Assembly: GCA_032718475.1 (NCBI GenBank)
Contig: JAUCBJ010007280.1
Location: 1 to 43,034 of the forward strand
DNA: 43,034 nucleotides
Source: Nemertoderma westbladi
Lineage: Eukaryota; Animalia; Xenacoelomorpha
Direction: 5' to 3'
The position numbers were made by a program, and so were the translations under genes. Under the pieces are notes generated by a model that was given only the letters and a program-made list of their open reading frames with translations, was not told the origin of the DNA and did no database searches. Shown here in pieces: positions 11,267 through 19,740 of this stretch (positions are counted from its first letter, which is position 1; every line of letters begins with the position of its first letter).

Positions 11267-12480
11267 AGTAGTATGCTAAACACCGGGATTAAGACAGTGT
11301 CTGCCATAGTCTACCATGTTAAAGAATTTGCCGAACGGCTCTTGCCCCGCCTACTTACTATAATTACTATTGTTGCCCCACCCACTTACTATGGTTACCA
11401 TGGTTACCATTCTTGCCCCGCCTACTTACTATGATTACCATTGTTGCCCCCCCCCACCCACTTACTATGGTTACCATGGTTACCATTGTGCATATGTGAC
11501 ATATGCGGTATAAGGCCAGTTCGCAGACGGAAGTAATTTAATTAATTCGTGTCTACTGGTTGGCGTTTGACCTTGAACCGCAATAGGTAAAACCCAATAT
11601 AGTAAGTGGGTTGCAGACGTTTGTTATAAAAGTCTTTAACATGATAGACTATTACAGACGCAACAACTAAAAAAGGTGAATAAACACAGACTAACGGTGG
11701 CTACCAATATTGTCAAGCAATAAGTTGTGGGGGCGAGCCGCGAAGTGAGAATAAGGTATTTATAATATTATTTGAATTTGATTATTCTACCTATGGGGCG
11801 AGCCATGAAGTGAGTGATAGCATCGAAGTAAGGTTATTGTATTTATACTTATCACTACGCAACAAGTTGTGGGGCGAGCCGCGAAGTGAGTATAAGGTTA
11901 TAGTATTTATAATAATATTATTTTAATTTGATTATTCTACCTATGGGGCGAGCCATGAAGTGAGTGATAGCATCGAAGTAAGGTTATTGTATTCAACTAA
12001 CGACAGCCTATCACTACGCAACAACCTATGGGGCGAGCCATGAAGTGAGTGATAGCATCGAAGTAAGGTTATTGTATTTATACTTATCACTACGCAACAA
12101 GTTGTGGGGCGAGCCACGAAGTGAGTATAAGGTTATAGTATTTATAATATTATTTTAATTTGATTATTCTACCTATGGGGCGAGCCATGAAGTGAGTGAT
12201 AGCATCGAAGTAAGGTTATTTTAATTTGATCATTTACTTAAATCCGACGCCGCTTTATTTAAAAATTTCTCCCACCACCCCACCCGCTTATCCCGCTATC
12301 ACCATCTGCCCAATCTTCTTCCGCATCCACAACATCATTACCACTACCACCATCACCCGACATCCCCTTCATTCCTTTCCAACATTGAAAAAATGGGGCG
12401 AGCCATGAAGCGAGTGAAGCCTTAGCATATGGGCACCATTAATGAGTTGTGGGGCGAGCTACGGCGAAGTATGGTTATTG
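11267..12480 (+). repeat. Left terminal non-coding repeat region with modular subrepeats
   Basis: AGTAGT start, TTGCCCC..ACTTACTAT subrepeats, then about 9 copies of a GGGGCGAGCC(A/G)(T/C)GAAG(T/C)GAG core. Confidence 0.85.
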
Positions 12481-12567
12481 TATTTATAATATTATCATTA
12501 TACCAACAAATTTGATTATTATACTTAAATCCATCACCATTACTATTTTAAAATTTCTTCCACCAAC

Positions 12568-13011
12568 TCACCCATTTATCCCACTATCCTCGCTATCTAC
12601 ATCCACCGCATTATTACCATTACCACCACCACCATCACCCAACACCTCCATCATTCCTTCTAACATCTCAATCCTTTCTTTCATCACCTTCTCCTGCGCA
12701 CACCTCTCAGCTTCCCTCGCTCTCCTAACCCCCTCAGCCTCCATCTCCAACTCCCAATCTTCACCCCACGCGCTGTTCTTTCTCGCCTCTTCCTCCAAAT
12801 AATGGTTCTTCTCTATCTCCTCCCACTTGTTTCTCGGATTTAACAACCTCTCCAACCGCGCTTCTTCTTTCTCCCTCGCATACATAGCCACCAATATTGC
12901 TTCATTCTCCTTCGCTATTTCAGCCGCCACATCCACATCTTCCTCCTCTTCCACCTCTTCCTCCGCATCCATATCTACTTCATCCACCACAAGTTCATTT
13001 TCCCCCAACAT
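12568..13011 (-). CDS. Acidic, Glu-rich coiled-coil protein (147 aa), left copy; function unknown
   Basis: Intact ATG-initiated ORF, identical in translation to the 22216-22659 copy; TATAAATA upstream. Confidence 0.65.
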   Translation of the reverse strand: MLGENELVVDEVDMDAEEEVEEEEDVDVAAEIAKENEAILVAMYAREKEEARLERLLNPRNKWEEIEKNHYLEEEARKNSAWGEDWELEMEAEGVRRAREAERCAQEKVMKERIEMLEGMMEVLGDGGGGNGNNAVDVDSEDSGING

Positions 13012-13243
13012 ATCCGCGTATAATAAATAAAATAATGTAATAAATATATAAATATGTGTATAATAATGTATAATACTATAAATAAATTTATATAATATTT
13101 ATTTCAATCGATAATTCATTATACCAACAAATAATTTACCACCACAAAATAATAATAATAATTTAACCGTGCCCGGCTCGTTGCGGCGACACCGCCTACG
13201 AACATGGCCTATTTATATAATAAAGTTTCTACCGCTCGAAGAT

Positions 13244-14536
13244 TCACACTGAATGTTTATTCTTCTTTATTTGAGGTTGCCCATTAGTCTCGATTTCATT
13301 GAAAATGTCTTCACCATCATCCGTATCATTGACGATGTCCTCTTCAAAGTCGCTGATATCTTCATACTCATAGCTAGGTGTTTTATTCACGATGAGATCA
13401 ATTTTTCGCTTAAGCGCTTGTTCTTTCATGGCTTTAGGTGTTTTCATCTTCATCTGAGCGCTCACACCCCCAACGAGGGTATCAATATCCTTATAATCAT
13501 TCTTTTTTTCAGTGCTGTCTACCTGTTCATTTTCTGCAATCGCAGGCAACCAGATTTTTTTCTCATCCATTTTCTTAGCAGCGACTTTTACTGCTTCGGA
13601 CGTCTTCAGCTGACTAGCATTGTTCGGCATTTCCACTTTCATTAGTTCCTCGTCCGCTAATTCATCAATCGCAGCCTCAACAACTAACTTTTTAATCGGT
13701 AGAAACTCACACCCAGACGGAATATCGCGGTCCGCGTACTTCTGTAATTGCTTAATTATCTCGACATTTGCGTTGTTTCGAGGGATGAAAATAACCTTGG
13801 TGTCGAAGTTGTGGGACAAATATATCCCGTTTTTGTTAACGGTTGATGTGTACCTCATACTAACCTCATCGATATTCTCGTTAACATTCTTATCTATGTT
13901 AAAGTCGAGCAAACAGAATTCATCCGCTCTGAGATTCAACCCATCGTAATATATAACACCCTTCCGCTGTCTACCTATATCATCCGCTTCCCAAACGCCG
14001 ACAAATCGTTGCCCTTCAAAGTCGTAGATATATCCAATGTACCCACAATCTTCGAACTCCATAAAATTCTCATCATGAATTTCCTTCTTTTTTGGTTCAA
14101 TACGGGAAAGAACGACTTTGCCGTAGATGTTTTGTAAGACATCTAGAATTTTTCGCGAGATAAAAATTGATGCGCCGTTTTTCCCAATGCGTAAGTACGC
14201 ATGATTTATCGGTGTTATAAGCAAATTGCCTCGGGTGTATTCCTTGTAATATTCAACGGCTATTTTATTATAATTGAGGAAGTCAAACAGGAATCTTATG
14301 TTCTGGTAAGTAAGACTTACCGATTCTTGTACGACGTTGCGTCCTTTGGTATCACCCCAACGGTTGAATCGAACGTATTTCCCGTTAAATGCTTTTATTT
14401 CTATTCCTTCCCCCAAACACTCGAGGCCCCACACACTCTTACCTGTAATCACCGATACGTATGGGGCGGGCGCACTATCAGTAGAGCTACCGCTTAATGA
14501 CATCATTTTTGGTTGTGATGGTTTCGCAGATTCCAT
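13244..14536 (-). CDS. ~430-aa protein with tandem PC4/PUR-like repeats and acidic C-terminus (putative ssDNA-binding protein or coactivator), intact left copy
   Basis: Longest closed ORF in the track (first ATG 14536). Segments AFNGKYVRFNRW...SVSLTYQNIRFL and DFEGQRFVGVWE...DGLNLRADEFCLL follow the PC4 pattern FxGKxYVDIR...GISLxxEQWxxL. The ORF itself is solid; the fold call is by eye. Confidence 0.55.
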   Translation of the reverse strand: MESAKPSQPKMMSLSGSSTDSAPAPYVSVITGKSVWGLECLGEGIEIKAFNGKYVRFNRWGDTKGRNVVQESVSLTYQNIRFLFDFLNYNKIAVEYYKEYTRGNLLITPINHAYLRIGKNGASIFISRKILDVLQNIYGKVVLSRIEPKKKEIHDENFMEFEDCGYIGYIYDFEGQRFVGVWEADDIGRQRKGVIYYDGLNLRADEFCLLDFNIDKNVNENIDEVSMRYTSTVNKNGIYLSHNFDTKVIFIPRNNANVEIIKQLQKYADRDIPSGCEFLPIKKLVVEAAIDELADEELMKVEMPNNASQLKTSEAVKVAAKKMDEKKIWLPAIAENEQVDSTEKKNDYKDIDTLVGGVSAQMKMKTPKAMKEQALKRKIDLIVNKTPSYEYEDISDFEEDIVNDTDDGEDIFNEIETNGQPQIKKNKHSV

Positions 14537-15046
14537 CAACAAATTTTGTGAAATATTAATAATTAAGTGTAAAATTACAATAATATCGCGCTATACAATG
14601 TGCGAAAAATATGATAATGAATGAATTAATCTGAATGAGAAAATAAAGTATTTTACGACGTATTTATAATATAATGATGGGCTATCGGGAAATCGGGTAT
14701 ATTTTAAGCACTCAACCGGATTAATTGCTATTGTCCTGAGAAGAATTTTTTTGAAATACTTCCTATAAATTTCAAGGGAAATATTTATTTACGCTTAAAT
14801 TGGTTGACGTAAGTGGTGACAGCTTTGCAGTAGCGATTAATGCGACCGATAGAAATTTCTATAGACACACCCCAGAATTTCTACAGAATATTACTCACGG
14901 TTAAATTGATTGACGTCAACTGTATTAACTGTGTAGCTTCTTAGAAGTTTCATAATTTTAAGCATGAGCGAATTTAATTTAATGTCGGGAATCGCAGGGT
15001 TCAGGAAAGTCAATTCCATTTTTGTCTGAATTTCTAGAGCCTAAAC

Positions 15047-15577
15047 TTAGTAAGTTGTCTTCTGGGTTGTAATGTATTGACCAAAACGCGTCAAGACCAA
15101 GTATGTTATTTTTTTTAAAGACGATAAGCCAAATATATTTATTAAATCCCCGTAGAATTGGAAATAGCGTCCTTTCATAGAATGCAAATGTATTTTCGAT
15201 GTGTGCTTGTGATAATTAAACTTAACATCGGAGAAACCATGATGTGCTATGGAATTTTTTTTCAAATATACGGTAATATAATTTATAATTGACTCAACGG
15301 AAGCATACAGCCCATGATTAAGATCGATTTCAATAAGATTATATGGAGCAATATGGAATGGTATATCCGCATCTTCCATGTATTCGCCAATTTTAATTCC
15401 GGATCTTTGCTCAATATTCCTATAAGTTGATACATATTGTATTTCTTTTAGGCCCACAACCCAATCCGTGGTAATGGGAATAGGTTTGGACAATTCAATT
15501 GTAAAATCGCTCAGGGTGTTGTTAGGATATTTATCTAGACTGGCGTCAGAAGTCAATGTCAAATGTAAGCGATCCAT
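15047..15577 (-). CDS. Polinton minor capsid (penton/PX) protein, N-terminal part only, left copy
   Basis: LTLTSDASLDKYPNNTLSDFTIELSKPI...WVVGLKEIQY matches the Maverick penton N-terminus; the conserved C-terminal YxDI...PLLR part is absent. Confidence 0.8.
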   Translation of the reverse strand: MDRLHLTLTSDASLDKYPNNTLSDFTIELSKPIPITTDWVVGLKEIQYVSTYRNIEQRSGIKIGEYMEDADIPFHIAPYNLIEIDLNHGLYASVESIINYITVYLKKNSIAHHGFSDVKFNYHKHTSKIHLHSMKGRYFQFYGDLINIFGLSSLKKITYLVLTRFGQYITTQKTTY

Positions 15578-16119
15578 TATTGTATCCTATCAACCCACCG
15601 GTGCTTCGCATAACCAACGAATTTTACCAGGTATTGTTTTTTCCCTGTTTTTTTGTTTATTACTTTTTCCTTGATTACTTTTTCAATTGGTAAGAACTCA
15701 AACGGTTCTTTCAACTTTTTCATTTCATATTGATAAAATGTCCCTTTAATAACACGCCTATTCACATCCATAACTTCGTACATAGGGTACGGCTCTCGAT
15801 CCATCCGTATTCTAGAAATTTCGAAAATTTCCCTGGTATAGTTAGGTGTATATCCTTTGGAAAATGGCGTCGCGGTTAAACTCAGACGCACTTTATCGCC
15901 AACTTTGAAATAAACTCGACGCTGTTCGCGGCGTTTCTTTTTATTGGGATGGCCCACACTGCCATATAGTTTTAAAAATGAGTCAGTTTCATTATTTTTA
16001 TTGACTGAGTTTGGCGCCATACCAATGGTTCTATGTATTGAATTATTATATGCAACCAATATTTTTGGCAATATACTCATCCATTCTCTATTCTGTCTCC
16101 TCGTGAAAATTCTGTACAT
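15577..16119 (-). CDS. Polinton c-integrase C-terminal half with chromodomain-like end, no DDE core, left copy
   Basis: YNNSIHRTIGMAP, FKVGDKVRLS, FSKGYTPNYTREIF, IKGTFYQYEM, IEKVI...QYLVKFVGY. Confidence 0.9.
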   Translation of the reverse strand: MYRIFTRRQNREWMSILPKILVAYNNSIHRTIGMAPNSVNKNNETDSFLKLYGSVGHPNKKKRREQRRVYFKVGDKVRLSLTATPFSKGYTPNYTREIFEISRIRMDREPYPMYEVMDVNRRVIKGTFYQYEMKKLKEPFEFLPIEKVIKEKVINKKTGKKQYLVKFVGYAKHRWVDRIQ

Positions 16120-16221
16120 TTCTTATTATTATTATAAGTATCCGTTAATAAAGTAGAAACTAGATACAACTTCTTAAAATTTCCGAGGCTAATCTCGTTA
16201 TTTTTCATCGTTATATATCAT

Positions 16222-16348
16222 TTAGCGGGCGAGGAACCCATGAAAGTGGAAATGCTGAACAACGCTAGACAGCTGCAGACGTCCGAGGCAGTAAAAGTCA
16301 CCGCTAAGAAAATAGGTAAGAAAAAAATCTGGTTGCCAACGATTGCGG
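16222..16348 (+). pseudogene. Diverged third fragment of the PC4-like gene C-terminal region
   Basis: MKVEMLNNARQLQTSEAVKVTAKKIGKKKIWLP aligns with MKVEMPNNASQLKTSEAVKVAAKKMDEKKIWLP. Confidence 0.85.
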
Positions 16349-16364
16349 CGATTGCCAACGATCA

Positions 16365-17801
16365 AACGCCAATCACTCACTTCATGGCTTGCCCCATAAG
16401 TCTTTTTTTTTTACCTTTTTTAGTTGTTGCGTCATAACCTTACTTCGATCACTCACTTCATGGCTCGCCCCATAGGTAGAATAATCAAATTAAAATAATA
16501 TTATAAATACTATAACCTTAACCCATATGCTAAGGCTTCACTCGCTTCATGGCTCGCCCCCCATTTTTTCATCAAATCACGAAATCATGTCCTATGGGGC
16601 GAGCCATGAAGTGAGTGATAGCATCGAAGTAAGGTTATGACGCAACAACTAAAAAAGGTAAATAAACACAGACTTATGGGCGAGCCATGAAGTGAGTGAT
16701 TGGCGTTTGACCTTGAACCGCAATAGGTAAAGATTCGCCACCAAAAATAACGCAAAAAATTTTTTTTGAAATTTTTGGTCAGAAAAAAAAAACATGGAAA
16801 AAGTATATTTTTAAAAAGATTTTATGTCTTTGCCTATGGTCAGAGAATTATCCAACTCTGTAACTTGGCAATCGCTCAAATCCATTCAGCTGAAAGGCAC
16901 AGTAGAGTAAACTAAAGTAAATTCCCTATACAATGTTCTGAAGGGGAGACTGACAGAGAGTAATCCAACCAATAAGGGCGAGCCATGAAGTGAGTGATAG
17001 CATCGAAGTAAGGTTATGACGCAACAACTAAAAAAGGTAAATAAACGCAGACTTATGGGGCGAGCCATGAAGTGAGTGATTGGCGTTTGACCTTGAACCG
17101 CAATAGGTAAAACCCAATATAGTAAGTGGGTTGCAGACGTTTGTTATAAAGTCTTTAACATGATTTCGTGATTTGATGAAAAAATGGGGGCGAGCCATGA
17201 AGCGAGTGAAGCCTTAGCATACGGTATGGGTTAAGGTTATAGTATTTATAATATTATTTTAATTTGATTATTCTACCTATGGGGCGAGCCATGAAGTGAG
17301 TGATAGCATCGAAGTAAGGTTATGACGCAACAACTAAAAAAGGTAAATAAACACAGACTTATGGGGCGAGCCATGAAGTGAGTGATTGGCGTTTGACCTT
17401 GAACCGCAATAGGTAAAACCCAATATAGTAAGTGGGTTGCAGACGTTTGTTATAAAGTCTTTAACATGATTTCGTGATTTGATGAAAAAATGGGGCGAGC
17501 CATGAAGCGAGTGAAGCCTTAGCATATGGGTTAAGGTTATAGTATTTATAATATTATTTTAATTTGATTATTCTACCTATGGGGCGAGCCATGAAGTGAG
17601 TGATAGCATCGAAGTAAGGTTATGACGCAACAACTAAAAAAGGTTTAAAAATTTCTCCCACCACCTCACCCGCTTATCCCGCTATCACCATCCGCCCAGT
17701 CTTCTTCCTCATCCTCAGCATCATTACCACCACCACCATCACCCAACATCCCCATCATTCCTTCCAACATTGAAAAAATGGGGCGAGCCATGAAGCGAGT
17801 G
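16365..17801. repeat. Internal array of TIR-type modular repeats, with a ~300-bp higher-order unit and an orientation switch near 16590
   Basis: Three cores in reverse orientation (16375-16560), then about 10 forward; 16976-17280 is repeated at 17281-17580 and partly after 17581. Confidence 0.9.
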
Positions 17802-18218
17802 TTTTACCCCGACGATAAAACTGCACAAGAATATTATTAAATATCTCCGGCTCATATTTCACCTCCACATTATAATAATTATCTAAAAATGAAACCCGAC
17901 CGTTTTCATTAATTTGCTATAGTCTATGTCTAGATTGTTAATAATATAAGTTTGGCTATTGATTGAAATAAAAGTTAGTTTATAATCAGTATGCTTATAT
18001 ATATACTTAATAATTTTTATTATTTTAGGCGATTTACCGAGTACAGTGACCTTACCGCTCGGGAAAAAGAGACACGTCCATCCGCAAATTTTGGCGATAT
18101 ATTGAAAAGGCTTTAAGATGAGTTTTCCATTTCGAATTCGTTTAGCCAGCACATCGAATGATATGCACCCATCAACCAACCTCAAACTTATATTACTGTT
18201 GACAACACTAAAAGACAT
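17802..18218 (-). pseudogene. Divergent TATA-binding protein-like gene, 3'-truncated, one homopolymer frameshift
   Basis: VVNS..L / LAKRIRNG...KPF / TCLFFPSGKVTVLG match TBP repeat 1 (QNIV / IALRARNA...KRF / TALIFSSGKMVCTG). SINS and, after adding one T to the T5 run near 17885-17889, VKYEPEIF match repeat 2 (YEPELF). Confidence 0.8.
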
Positions 18219-18231
18219 CGCAATCCGCTAT

Positions 18232-18700
18232 TAATTCAATACATAGAACCATTGGTATGGCGCCAAACTCAGTCAATAAAAATAATGAAACTGACTCATT
18301 TTTAAAACTATATGGCAGTGTGGGCCATCCCAATAAAAAGAAACGCCGCGAACAGCGTCGAGTTTATTTCAAAGTTGGCGATAAAGTGTGTCTGAGTTTA
18401 ACCGCGACGCCATTTTCCAAAGGATATACACCTAACTATACCAGGGAAATTTTCGAAATTTCTAGAATACGGATGGATCGAGAGCCGTACCCTATGTACG
18501 AAGTTATGGATGTGAATAGGCGTGTTATTAAAGGGACATTTTATCAATATGAAATGAAAAAGTTGAAAGAACCGTTTGAGTTCTTACCAATTGAAAAAGT
18601 AATCAAGGAAAAAGTAATAAACAAAAAAACAGGGAAAAAACAATACCTGGTAAAATTCGTTGGTTATGCGAAGCACCGGTGGGTTGATAGGATACAATAA
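18232..18700 (+). pseudogene. Polinton integrase C-terminal fragment, right copy
   Basis: Reverse complement of 15577-16045 with an R>C change; ORF 18257-18700. Confidence 0.88.
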
Positions 18701-19231
18701 TGGATCGCTTACATTTGACATTGACTTCTGACGCCAGTCTAGATAAATATCCTAACAACACCCTGAGCGATTTTACAATTGAATTGTCCAAACCTATTCC
18801 CATTACCACGGAATGGGTTGTGGGCCTAAAAGAAATACAATATGTATCAACTTATAGGAATATTGAGCAAAGATCCGGAATTAAAATTGGCGAATACATG
18901 GAAGATGCGGATATACCATTCCATATTGCTCCATATAATCTTATTGAAATCGATCTTAATCATGGGCTGTATGCTTCCGTTGAGTCAATTATAAATTATA
19001 TTACCGTATATTTGAAAAAAAAATTCCATAGCACATCATGGTTTCTCCGATGTTAAGTTTAATTATCACAAGCACACATCGAAAATACATTTGCATTCTA
19101 TGAAAGGACGCTATTTCCAATTCTACGGGGATTTAATAAATATATTTGGCTTATCGTCTTTAAAAAAAATAACATACTTGGTCTTGACGCGTTTTGGTCA
19201 ATACATTACAACCCAGAAGACAACTTACTAA
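18700..19231 (+). pseudogene. Penton N-terminal ORF, right copy, with an A-run frameshift near 19020
   Basis: Matches the left copy (TTEW vs TTDW) until the homopolymer; TAATG stop/start overlap with integrase. Confidence 0.8.
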
Positions 19232-19359
19232 GTTTAGGCTCTAGAAATTCAGACAAAAATGGAATTGACTTTCCTGAACCCTGCGATTCCCGACATTAAA
19301 TTAAATTCGCTCATGCTTAAAATTATGAAACTTCTAAGAAGCTACACAGTTAATACAGT

Positions 19360-19616
19360 TGACGTCAATCAATTTAACCGTGAGTAATATTCTGTAGAAA
19401 TTCGGGGGTGTGTCTATAGAAATTTCTATCGGCCGCATTAATCGCCGCTGCAAAGCTGTCACCACTTACGTCAACCAATTTAAGCGTAAATAAATATTTC
19501 CCTTGAAATTTATAGGAAGTTTTTCAAAAAAATTCTCTCACGACAATAGCAATTAATCCGGTTGAGTGCTTAAAATATACCCGATTTCCCGATAGCCCAT
19601 CATTATATTATAAATA
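19360..19616 (+). promoter_or_regulatory. Candidate Pol II promoter of the PC4-like gene (mirrored in the left arm)
   Basis: TGACGTCA (19360-19367) and TTACGTCA (19466-19473) in a degenerate duplicated block; TATAAATA at 19609-19616, about 130 bp before ATG 19741. Confidence 0.4.
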
Positions 19617-19740
19617 CGTCGTAAAATACTTTATTTTCTCATTCAGATTAATTCATTCATTATCATATTTTTCGCACATTGTATAGCCCGATATTATTGT
19701 AATTTTACACTTAATTATTAATATTTCACAAAATTTGTTG

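Noticed and set aside
12449-14624. Plus-strand ORFs opposite the acidic and PC4-like genes (and their mirrors in the right arm)
   Set aside because: Antisense shadows of the real coding frames.
11725-17801. CRISPR-like array (conserved core with variable spacers)
   Set aside because: Spacers are a few reused cassettes of uneven length, there are no cas genes, and the context is eukaryotic Polinton termini.
17802-18218. Host TBP gene or recent retrocopy
   Set aside because: Animal TBP cores are almost invariant; this sequence keeps only key motifs, so no host gene symbol was assigned.
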